From the IMG/VR virus record IMGVR_UViG_3300020469_000015: a stretch of 64,000 nt of DNA; one strand, given 5' to 3'. The stretch comes from an uncultured virus (IMG/VR IMGVR_UViG_3300020469_000015). Lineage: Duplodnaviria > Heunggongvirae > Uroviricota > Caudoviricetes. A program made the position numbers and the translations under genes. The notes below the pieces were generated by a model. It was not told the origin of the DNA. It saw nothing but the letters and a program-made list of their open reading frames with translations, and did not search any database. Below are positions 8,403 through 17,261 of the stretch, piece by piece. Position 1 is the stretch's first letter. Each line of letters starts with the position of its first letter.

Positions 8403-9909
8403 TTACTAATACATCAACATCTTTCATTCTATCAAATGTTGCCTTCGCCTGTTCAGGTGTTTCAACTATAGGTTCTTGGTAGTTAAAACTTGTATTCAAC
8501 AAAGCAGGCAATTTACTTTGTTGTATAATATTATATAGTGTTTCATTATGGTCATGTTTTAAAATTTGTGCTCTTGTACTACCATCAACTTGTGTAACGC
8601 CTGATAATGCCTCATCATATTCGTGTTTAACTATGGCACTTGTTTGCATATAAGGTGACCATTCGTTATAATCTAATAACATTTCTTTGGCATTTTCTTC
8701 AGGTATAATGGGTGCATATGGTCTGTACCATTCTCTCATTTTTACTTTGTAGTTTAATCTATCTCTTATGCCATCAATACCTGGATTACATAAAATACTT
8801 CTATGTCCTAATGCTCTAGGTCCACTCTCACTACGACCTTCATAGTAACATATAACTTTATTATCTGCAAGTAGGTTACCAACTCTTTCAATGTCAGGTT
8901 GTCCTACATTATAATCTGGTCCTGTATAAGGACTAAAATATGATGTTTTCTTAGGGTTATCTAACACATGGTGCCAGATGTACAAAGCACACCCTATCGC
9001 TAATCCTGTGTCGTTAGGAAACGGAGGAACATGTAATTTTTCAAACTTTGTCTGTTTGATAATCTCTCTATTTGCAATACAATTTAACGCAAGTCCACCT
9101 GCATAACATAAGTTTTGATTACCTGTGTAAATATTCTTTATTTCAGTTAATAGTGTTCGTGTAGTAAGACTTTGTAAACTTGCTGCCACATTTTGACTAT
9201 TAGATGTTTTTGTATCTGATAAGTCTTCGCAATTGTTATATGCTCTGGCACGTGGGTCATAATATTCATGTCTTGGTGCCTCTGATAATGTTCGCTCTAT
9301 TTTTTCTATCAAGTTTTCATTAGCATTACCATAACTTGCAAGACCCATAACTTTACCTGCACCAGAACCTGGATCCCAAGCATGTACTCTTTTCATTCTA
9401 TAATTATTAATTGTAATGCTTGACCAGTATGCCGCTAAGTTCTTTCTTGCGTCAGGTTTATATTGTTCTATTTTATTACCAACACCTTGTGATACACTAG
9501 AGTTCTCACTATCACCACCACCGTCCCATGTAAAGATTGTGGCAGTATCAAAAGGACTTGTATAGTATGTTGAAGCTGCGTGTGCTAAATGATGATTAAC
9601 AATATAACCTCTATCAAACTTTTTATATTCTAAAGTCTTTGCACTAGGTACTTCAAAATTTAATTTTCTTTCTGGCATGTGTTGTTCAATCCATCTAGTA
9701 ATTGTGCCTGGATTATTACATGCAATATGGTCAACATCATTCATTGTTAAACCACAATGTTCTAATGTTTTATCAATAAATTCCTGACTAAAACCAAAGT
9801 CATGTTTTATTCTCGTAAATCTTTCTAGTTCCCAATTAATTAATACTTCGCCATCTTTCAGTACACAGGCAGCAGCATTATGACCAAAGTACAATCCTAA
9901 TATAATCAT
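8377..9909 (-). CDS. carbamoyltransferase (NodU/CmcH/TobZ family)
   Basis: ERFTRIKH, HHLAHAAS, DGGGD, GKVMGLASYG, GPRALGHRSIL, LLNTSFN. Confidence 0.93.
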   Translation of the reverse strand: MIILGLYFGHNAAACVLKDGEVLINWELERFTRIKHDFGFSQEFIDKTLEHCGLTMNDVDHIACNNPGTITRWIEQHMPERKLNFEVPSAKTLEYKKFDRGYIVNHHLAHAASTYYTSPFDTATIFTWDGGGDSENSSVSQGVGNKIEQYKPDARKNLAAYWSSITINNYRMKRVHAWDPGSGAGKVMGLASYGNANENLIEKIERTLSEAPRHEYYDPRARAYNNCEDLSDTKTSNSQNVAASLQSLTTRTLLTEIKNIYTGNQNLCYAGGLALNCIANREIIKQTKFEKLHVPPFPNDTGLAIGCALYIWHHVLDNPKKTSYFSPYTGPDYNVGQPDIERVGNLLADNKVICYYEGRSESGPRALGHRSILCNPGIDGIRDRLNYKVKMREWYRPYAPIIPEENAKEMLLDYNEWSPYMQTSAIVKHEYDEALSGVTQVDGSTRAQILKHDHNETLYNIIQQSKLPALLNTSFNYQEPIVETPEQAKATFDRMKDVDVLVIGDKIYER

Positions 9910-10634
9910 TCGTCTTCTTCTTCTAATTCTCTTTGTCTTTTTTCTTCTTCAAAACCTATCATTAAATCTTCGTGTAAAGTATTTGGTCTTGTTGCCATAA
10001 TTAAGGCATTACCTTCTGGTTCAAATTGCCAGTTCTTTTTAAAAGGACCTAAATCATAAGTTGCTAAGTCTATCTTAAAACCTGCGTCTTCTATCTTTTT
10101 AGACCACCAATCTATATCTTCTTTGATAAAGTGTGACTTGTCTTGTTCATAACTATCAATTAAATATTTACCATTACGACCTATAGGTACAATTACAAAT
10201 AATCTTTTACCACCTTTGTAAAATACTTCCAGTTGTTGTTCTATATTTTCATAGGGTACATGTTCTAATATATCTTTACAAAGTATCCAGTCATAACCAC
10301 CTTCAGCACATGTTAATTCTTCTTGTGGTTCTATTACACCTAACCACTTTCTTATTTCTTCTGGTGATTTCTTAACTGCATATTCTGATACATCTACACC
10401 ATATGCCTTATAACCTAATAGTCTAAGACCATATACTGAAAATCCTTTGGCACAACCAAAGTCTAATACTTTATCTGTTTCTTTTAATTCTAAGTATTTG
10501 GCGATATGATGGCACATAGGTATTGTGAGTTCTGGCATCCATCTATAATGTGAATACAAACTCTTACCTGTTTCTGCACCTCTTTCGTAATAATTTTCGT
10601 CAAAGAATTGACCTGGTTTAAACAAAGTTTTCAT
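9906..10634 (-). CDS. class I SAM-dependent methyltransferase
   Basis: VLDFGCAKG, YGVDVS, DILEHV. Confidence 0.88.
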   Translation of the reverse strand: MKTLFKPGQFFDENYYERGAETGKSLYSHYRWMPELTIPMCHHIAKYLELKETDKVLDFGCAKGFSVYGLRLLGYKAYGVDVSEYAVKKSPEEIRKWLGVIEPQEELTCAEGGYDWILCKDILEHVPYENIEQQLEVFYKGGKRLFVIVPIGRNGKYLIDSYEQDKSHFIKEDIDWWSKKIEDAGFKIDLATYDLGPFKKNWQFEPEGNALIMATRPNTLHEDLMIGFEEEKRQRELEEEDE

Positions 10635-11988
10635 GTGTCAACGGCTCCTTAAATTCGTCAAACCTGTTAACTTTATCATTTATAAAATCATCAAGCATAT
10701 TGACATTATCAGTAAAGACACAACCTGTACATCTTTTTGTTGCGTCAAATTTTTGTAATACTTTTTTATCCAAGTAGTCTAATATATCACTAGCATGGCA
10801 TAACTGATATTCTTCAGCAAAGTGTTCATAGTTATCATTCAATACAACACTATCACAAGGATAAACAGTACCTGGTTTACCTGTCTCTTTATGTATTTCT
10901 TCACTTAGATAAGGTCTGAAATATGATTGATGGCATGTGGCAGTTTTAGGTGCTCCATGTATTTTGTATTGATGAAAAAATCTTGTATCTGTTACCTGTG
11001 ACAATACATTGTCTAAACTTTTATGTTGTCTAATTAAATTCTCTTGTTCTAATAAACAGTTAGGTAATAATCTTACATACTTACTACCACAAGCGTCTGC
11101 CACTTTAGAAACTTTATCTAGTAACCCAACTCTATCTTCCATTACTTCGTCTGATAGTTCGTGTTCTACTGTATAGACCATTGAGTTACCTACAATTGTT
11201 TTATTCATATCAAATTTTTCTAATGGTAAACCAATTCTGTTTTCCCAATCTGTAAATACATTAATTGATATTCTAACCCAACTAAACATTTTACATACAT
11301 CTTCGTCTATACGTTTCCAATATTGTTTACTACCATTACTAATTAAGGCAACTTCTAATCCTTCGCCATATATCCAACGTACTAATTCATTAAAATGTTT
11401 GTAAGCAGTAGGTTCGCCACCACCAGTTAATATTACTGCTTTTAATCCTCTTGTCTTTAATTTTAGTACATAGTCTTTTATTGTATCTAAATCTATTCTT
11501 GTATGTGTATCTCTATATGTTACACTACAATATGGGCATTTAAGATTACATGCACCTTCAGGACTTATGTGTGTGGAAATAACTGTATTAGGATTACCAT
11601 TCTTATAATTAAACATTGCCTCTTGGTGTCGCCACCATTTAATACCTGTAGATGTAAATTTATGTTCTTGTTCACTTGGCTCATCTGGTAATTTTGTATC
11701 TTCACTTTTTACATCATAGAAAATATAGATATTGGAATATTTCATTCCTTGTTCTACTCTATCTAAAATTTTATTACCGTATTCTAAGTCTATAGGTTTT
11801 AAATGTGATACGTTGTTGTTATCAATGTATTCATAATTACCAACAAAGTTTTTAATCTTACCTCTGGCAGCATGTCTATAGATAACATATTGAGTACCTG
11901 CTTCTGTTAATTTTTTATAGAGACCTATTTCAGAACCTTCTTTGGTGTGCAATCTAACTGGTTCGTAATCTTTAATCTTTAGTGCCAT
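10618..11988 (-). CDS. radical SAM protein with extra N-terminal domain and SPASM-like C-terminus
   Basis: CNLKCPYC, TGGGEP, C-terminal C/PC/CTGC. Confidence 0.9.
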   Translation of the reverse strand: MALKIKDYEPVRLHTKEGSEIGLYKKLTEAGTQYVIYRHAARGKIKNFVGNYEYIDNNNVSHLKPIDLEYGNKILDRVEQGMKYSNIYIFYDVKSEDTKLPDEPSEQEHKFTSTGIKWWRHQEAMFNYKNGNPNTVISTHISPEGACNLKCPYCSVTYRDTHTRIDLDTIKDYVLKLKTRGLKAVILTGGGEPTAYKHFNELVRWIYGEGLEVALISNGSKQYWKRIDEDVCKMFSWVRISINVFTDWENRIGLPLEKFDMNKTIVGNSMVYTVEHELSDEVMEDRVGLLDKVSKVADACGSKYVRLLPNCLLEQENLIRQHKSLDNVLSQVTDTRFFHQYKIHGAPKTATCHQSYFRPYLSEEIHKETGKPGTVYPCDSVVLNDNYEHFAEEYQLCHASDILDYLDKKVLQKFDATKRCTGCVFTDNVNMLDDFINDKVNRFDEFKEPLTHENFV

Positions 11989-12694
11989 AAGGATGTGCTT
12001 TCTTTATGTAGTGTTTATGTGCTTCTGACATTTCTAAATCTTCCGTCTCTGGTGTCCAGTTTAACCATTTCTTTTCATACCAGTCTTTGGCAGGTAAACT
12101 ATCTTTGTAATATTTAGACGACTGCACGGCGACTTCAAACTTATACTTCATCACTTCGTTGCTTAAACAAAATCCATAATTATAACAATATATATCATTG
12201 TTTACAAGTTTTTGATTTGAAGCAGTACCTTTACCTGTTAGACCTGGTGCCTGATTATACAATGTAGGTCCTGGTCTTTCTCTAGTTCTTTTTATATACC
12301 ATTCTTCATTCTTCCAAAATTCTATTTGTTTAAATGAAACTTCAGCGTCTGTTAGTTGTAATGCTTTTTTTAATTGTTCTTTGTCCCATACCATATCAGG
12401 TTCCATCATCAATACTTTTTTGGGTATTGTATGACCTGTAATCATGTCTGAATACATTTGAGTATATTGTCCTGATGGTAGGTCAAATTCTCTTTCTATA
12501 ACATTTACTTTACCATTCCATCTTTTGCAATACTCTTTTACATTCTCATTCAAAGGTGGTAAATTTTTACAATCTTTATACCAAGGTTGTTTAGACCAGT
12601 ATATAAAAATCATATCAACATCATCAATGATTGAGTTAATTGATTTTTCTAAGAAATCTAATCCATAGTGGATTCTATATAGAGCATATATCAT
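11972..12694 (-). CDS. glycosyltransferase-like protein (GT-A fold)
   Basis: FLEKSINSIIDDVD N-terminus; MEPD DxD-like motif; island context. Confidence 0.6.
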   Translation of the reverse strand: MIYALYRIHYGLDFLEKSINSIIDDVDMIFIYWSKQPWYKDCKNLPPLNENVKEYCKRWNGKVNVIEREFDLPSGQYTQMYSDMITGHTIPKKVLMMEPDMVWDKEQLKKALQLTDAEVSFKQIEFWKNEEWYIKRTRERPGPTLYNQAPGLTGKGTASNQKLVNNDIYCYNYGFCLSNEVMKYKFEVAVQSSKYYKDSLPAKDWYEKKWLNWTPETEDLEMSEAHKHYIKKAHPYGTKD

Positions 12695-13782
12695 AGAGGG
12701 TATTCGTCACCGTCAATATATGTTTTCTGAATAAACTTATCTATATTACTATCTTTTATTCTATAAGCACTAATGTATTTAATATCATTATCAATACAAT
12801 ACCATGCTCGTTGATTGCCTCGTAATACTTTGCCTTCACCATCAATCAGAATAGGATATTTCATACCATGTTTTTTTATACTCTCACATAGTTTATTGTA
12901 TTTTTCTGTCTGTTCTTTTAATGGGTCTTCTTTTAGTTTATGTGAAGTTGCTTGCCATTCTTTTTTTAGTTTCTGTACAAATACTAATTCATATTCAGGT
13001 ATATCTTCAATCACTTGTGCTTTTAAAGACGGACCTTTTATCTTGTTTATCTCTTGTTTAATTTTTTCTGCTTCTTCTTTTCTTCTTTGTACCTGATTAG
13101 GATGTTCCATAATCCCTTTATCTTTTTGATATAGATTACCTCTAGGTCCTGTTCTATTGTGAGCATATGTATCGTCCATATCACTTTTGCCTTTTGAAAA
13201 ATGCATATGTTCAACAAGTATGTTATTAATATAATGTGTTCTTTCTAATCTCTTTGCAATATCAAATACCCATGTATCGTTGTAACCAAAATGAAAACAA
13301 CCAGGTGCAAAATAACCTACAGTATTATACCACTCTCTTGCAATAATAGGAAAGGCACAATGTCTATCAGCATTGATACCATCATTGACCCAACTAACCC
13401 AATATGGATCCTCTTTATATCTTATTGCTAAATTTTGTATGAGTAAACTATCCCAATTAGCAGTTCTATAAATTAAATCATCATTACCCATAATCATTAA
13501 ATAACCTGAACTCTTAGCTGCTAAATCATTCCATGAAATAGAAACACTTTTAGGTTCATCAAATGTAAAATCTACTTTTTTAAAATCTTTATATTCACTA
13601 TCACAATGAGCAGCTAAAGATTTGTATTGTTCTAATGCTGGGTCATCATTATCAACATAAAAAAATAATTCTATCTTAGTCTTATCACTTGCTGTTGCAT
13701 ATATTGATTTAATAAACCTTTCACAATTGTTAGGTCTATTTCTTGTAGGTGTTAAAATAGAAATGGTAGTTTCATTTATCAT
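12691..13782 (-). CDS. GT2 glycosyltransferase fused to a C-terminal ParB/Srx-like domain
   Basis: ILTPTRNR, GNDD, EHMH; C-terminal LCESIKKHGMKYPILID...RGNQR. Confidence 0.8.
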   Translation of the reverse strand: MINETTISILTPTRNRPNNCERFIKSIYATASDKTKIELFFYVDNDDPALEQYKSLAAHCDSEYKDFKKVDFTFDEPKSVSISWNDLAAKSSGYLMIMGNDDLIYRTANWDSLLIQNLAIRYKEDPYWVSWVNDGINADRHCAFPIIAREWYNTVGYFAPGCFHFGYNDTWVFDIAKRLERTHYINNILVEHMHFSKGKSDMDDTYAHNRTGPRGNLYQKDKGIMEHPNQVQRRKEEAEKIKQEINKIKGPSLKAQVIEDIPEYELVFVQKLKKEWQATSHKLKEDPLKEQTEKYNKLCESIKKHGMKYPILIDGEGKVLRGNQRAWYCIDNDIKYISAYRIKDSNIDKFIQKTYIDGDEYPL

Positions 13783-14423
13783 ACAGTTTCACCTTTATAC
13801 TTTCTACCTTGTTTTAAATGTTCTCTTATAAATCTTTTACCTTTAGGTCCTGTCCAGTGAATAATCTTTTTAGTTGGACTATCTACGCCTTTATTTAATG
13901 ATATTCTTAACCATTGATATTCTTGTGGCAATTCTTGTATTTCATCATGCTCTTCTTTACCAACTATTTCAAATAACATTTCTTGGTCGCCTCTGATTGC
14001 TGTCTTTAACAACATTTCATTCCAATGTTTAAGTAATTCTGGTCTATCATTAACAACTATAACGCCAGTTGCCCACCAATTGTCTCTTACCCAATCTCTA
14101 GTAAGACCTATCATGTTAGATGGCACTAATGAAAATATTTCTTCTATGTTTGTTAAGACTTCACAATCTACATCTAACCATGCAACTGATTGACTTGGTG
14201 TATCTATAACTGCTCTTGTTTTATTAAACCAACCTATGTTACTAGGGTGTGTAATAGGTTCACTTAACCATGCGTCTATACCTTTAACTACTTCTCTCAT
14301 TTGCATAGACATACCAAAATCCCATATGCCTACTTTTACATCTGGATTATGTTTTTTAACATTTTCATACCACCAGATAACCATGTCTTCATGGTTCTTA
14401 TCTACTCCTGTTATTATCATCAT
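13779..14423 (-). CDS. GT8-like glycosyltransferase
   Basis: WLDVDC, TGVIVV, GDQEML, IIHWTG. Confidence 0.78.
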   Translation of the reverse strand: MMIITGVDKNHEDMVIWWYENVKKHNPDVKVGIWDFGMSMQMREVVKGIDAWLSEPITHPSNIGWFNKTRAVIDTPSQSVAWLDVDCEVLTNIEEIFSLVPSNMIGLTRDWVRDNWWATGVIVVNDRPELLKHWNEMLLKTAIRGDQEMLFEIVGKEEHDEIQELPQEYQWLRISLNKGVDSPTKKIIHWTGPKGKRFIREHLKQGRKYKGETV

Positions 14424-14492
14424 GTTCCCTTGCTTTTAATAATATATACATTGCTAATACTGTCACAGGTATTCCTAAAAAAAATAGACCTA

Positions 14493-14843
14493 TCATAAAT
14501 CTTCTACCGTCTTAGGCATATGTAATTGTACAAATGCTTCTAAGTCTATAACTACTAAAGGTTTTTGATTGTTCTTTTTGATTACTGCAATAGGTTCGTA
14601 TTTGCCAGAGTTTTCACTTGCTTGTTCATATGCTGACCAAACATTTACTTTCTCTTGGTTCTTACACTCTATTGAGTATGGAAACTTTTCTCTAGCGGCA
14701 CGTGCCATAATTAAATCTTCGCCACCTGCACCCATAGAACGACTTTCAATGTCCTCTGGATGTACGTCTAGTTTCTCTATTAATATTTCTCTAACTTTTT
14801 TTTGTAAATTTCTGCCTTTTGCTTTCGCACTACTCGTCTTCAT
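14493..14843 (-). CDS. PD-(D/E)XK nuclease, Holliday-junction-resolvase-like
   Basis: KAKGRNLQ...GEDL...SIECKNQE. Confidence 0.75.
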   Translation of the reverse strand: MKTSSAKAKGRNLQKKVREILIEKLDVHPEDIESRSMGAGGEDLIMARAAREKFPYSIECKNQEKVNVWSAYEQASENSGKYEPIAVIKKNNQKPLVVIDLEAFVQLHMPKTVEDL

Positions 14844-14970
14844 ATTTTATTTCATCTTCCCAATCAGCGTCATTATGTATTGCTTCTCCACAACACGGAC
14901 AAAACTTAACTGGTAATTCATTAAGCACTTTTACTTTAAACTCAGCGTCACAGCTTTCACAAATTATCAT
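14830..14970 (-). CDS. small zinc-ribbon protein (46 aa, CESC...CPCC)
   Basis: Manual translation; ATGA overlap with the nrdB stop. Confidence 0.7.
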   Translation of the reverse strand: MIICESCDAEFKVKVLNELPVKFCPCCGEAIHNDADWEDEIKYEDE

Positions 14971-16070
14971 AGTTTAAATCCTTCAAACGTATCTTTTTTA
15001 ACATCTTGTTTTATTCCTCCAACAACATAACTTTCTATTTCTGTTTCTTGTGGTGCATTTTGCAAACCACGACTATTTAGCCAATGTTCAGTCCAAGGTA
15101 ATGGATTGTTTGTACTTGACTGGTCATATATAGGCGTTAATCCTACTGCTCTCATTCTCTTGTTAGCAATAAACTCAACATAGTTATGTAATAATTTATC
15201 ATTAAGACCAATCATTGAACCATCTTTAAATAGATAATTTGCCCAACGCTTTTCTTGGTCAACGGCGTCTTTAAATGCCTGTATAGTATTTTCTTCTTCT
15301 TCTTTAATTACTTGTAACATTTCTTTATCGTTTTCTTTACTCTTATAAAGTTTCATCATATGCTGAGAACCTGCTAAGTGTTGACTTTCGTCTCTAGCAA
15401 TCAAAGATATAATTTTTGCACTACCTTCCATAAGTTTTAATTCACCAAATGCAAACGAACAAGCAAAAGAAACATAGAAACGGATACCTTCAAGTATCGC
15501 TACATTGACTATCGCTCGCCAAAGTTTTCTTTTTAGTTCTTTCATGTTACCTTTTTTATCAAGTAACCATCTTTGTCCGTGTTCAATTAAATCATCATAT
15601 GTTCCTGTAACACTTTCTGCTCTTTCTGTGATATACTTATCTGTTAAAATTTTATCAAATACTTCACCAGGGTCTGAGTAAATATTTTTAATAATGTATG
15701 TGTAACTTCTACTATGAATACTTTCCATAAAATCCCATACTAAGATATGACTTTCTATTTCAGGTAAACTACAAAATGGTAAGAAAGATAAACTAGGTCC
15801 TCTACCTTGTACACTATCTAATAATGTTTGATATCTTAGATTAGATGTAAAGATATGTTTTTGTTCTGGTCGTAATTGTTGCCAGTCGTTTCTATCTTTT
15901 TGTAAAGATACTTCTTCTGGTCGCCAGAATAAACCTAATTGATGTTGTGTTAATTTATCAAACACAGGATACTTAAATGTATCATATCTTTGAACGGAAT
16001 TGTCCTCTCCAAAAAACATTGGTTGTTTTGTAAAGTCCACTTGATTTTTATTGTAAACGCTCTTACTCAT
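14967..16070 (-). CDS. nrdB: ribonucleotide reductase class Ia, beta subunit
   Basis: FWRPEEV, DSVQGR, ESIHSRSY, LEGIRFYVSF, DESQH, APQETE. Confidence 0.97.
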   Translation of the reverse strand: MSKSVYNKNQVDFTKQPMFFGEDNSVQRYDTFKYPVFDKLTQHQLGLFWRPEEVSLQKDRNDWQQLRPEQKHIFTSNLRYQTLLDSVQGRGPSLSFLPFCSLPEIESHILVWDFMESIHSRSYTYIIKNIYSDPGEVFDKILTDKYITERAESVTGTYDDLIEHGQRWLLDKKGNMKELKRKLWRAIVNVAILEGIRFYVSFACSFAFGELKLMEGSAKIISLIARDESQHLAGSQHMMKLYKSKENDKEMLQVIKEEEENTIQAFKDAVDQEKRWANYLFKDGSMIGLNDKLLHNYVEFIANKRMRAVGLTPIYDQSSTNNPLPWTEHWLNSRGLQNAPQETEIESYVVGGIKQDVKKDTFEGFKL

Positions 16071-16710
16071 TTTCTCCTTCTTTTAGTTCGTAAAAAAACT
16101 CATCACTATCACCTGCTGTCCACTTTAGTTCGCCTTCTACACTAAACTCTTGTGTAGAAACTTTAAAGTCTGGAAACTTTAATTTACTTGGCGACAAACT
16201 CTTATCATAAAAGATAACTCTATTATTAGGTTGAGCCGCAAAGTGTCCATTATTTAATTTTATAATATTAAAAGATTTGTGTTGACTTGGTATCTCACTA
16301 TAAGTTATGTTTCTTTCCAAGTTTGTACTGTTCGCATTATCTATTGTAAACATGTACCAACCATTGTACCATTTTTTACCTGGTGACAAATACTTACATT
16401 GATTACCTGATAACATTTGTTTTTCAATAACTGATATATCATAACTAAAACAATCCCATAACTGTAACTCAGTTAAAGGTAAACTTTCACCATAATCTTT
16501 TTTCCATACAAACGCACTAATAGGTAACTTGTCATACAGAGCACCATACTCTGGTAGATAAGTTTCAAAATAAAGGGCACGACCTTGTATAGATTTTGCC
16601 GTAACCCAAACTCCTTCAGTTAATTCTCCATGACCTTTTTCGTTGTCATAAAGAAACTCTTTCTTTACATACACATCTATGTGTGGTATGTTAACAGTTA
16701 AATATGCCAT
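16063..16710 (-). CDS. conserved phage hypothetical protein
   Basis: YDKLPISAF, LQLWDCFSY, FAAQPNNR motifs recalled from marine phages. Confidence 0.8.
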   Translation of the reverse strand: MAYLTVNIPHIDVYVKKEFLYDNEKGHGELTEGVWVTAKSIQGRALYFETYLPEYGALYDKLPISAFVWKKDYGESLPLTELQLWDCFSYDISVIEKQMLSGNQCKYLSPGKKWYNGWYMFTIDNANSTNLERNITYSEIPSQHKSFNIIKLNNGHFAAQPNNRVIFYDKSLSPSKLKFPDFKVSTQEFSVEGELKWTAGDSDEFFYELKEGENE

Positions 16711-16712
16711 TC

Positions 16713-17261
16713 TTATACCTCTGGATAGTTAATTAAATCACCTTGTCCTGTGTATCTTAACTCAGGGTCAAGGTCACTACATCTTATTACAATTTTATAA
16801 TGTGGAGTTTCAACTTTATCAACTGACCAAAAATCTATATTAGGGTCAAACATTAATAGACTACCCATTTTATTTGATATAACTGCATGTTGAAAACGAT
16901 ATACACCGCCAGTAGTCTTATTTAGTGGAATGTGAATGTCTAGTCTGTTCCATTCTTTTTCATTGTGCCATGGAACATGCATATCACCGTGTTGTTTTCT
17001 TATTTGTATATATTTTAACTGTACGCCATTCTTAGTAGGTGCATATAAATTTAAAAATTCATGTAGTCCTATAATTGCGTCAGAAATATGTTGTGTTTTA
17101 TCATCATACTTTTCAGGTAAATCATGCGAACTTATATATTCAAATCCAAATTTATCTATCTTTACTAAATCTTTGTTTTCTTCAAAAGCGTCTATCAACG
17201 CTTGTCTTTTTTCTTGCGTGTCTATTAAACTTATTTGTTTTGATATTATCATATTGCACAA
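16713..17261 (-). CDS. divergent 2OG-Fe(II) oxygenase/cupin-like protein
   Basis: VPWHNE, IPLN..GG, LLMFDP pattern. Confidence 0.55.
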   Translation of the reverse strand: MCNMIISKQISLIDTQEKRQALIDAFEENKDLVKIDKFGFEYISSHDLPEKYDDKTQHISDAIIGLHEFLNLYAPTKNGVQLKYIQIRKQHGDMHVPWHNEKEWNRLDIHIPLNKTTGGVYRFQHAVISNKMGSLLMFDPNIDFWSVDKVETPHYKIVIRCSDLDPELRYTGQGDLINYPEV

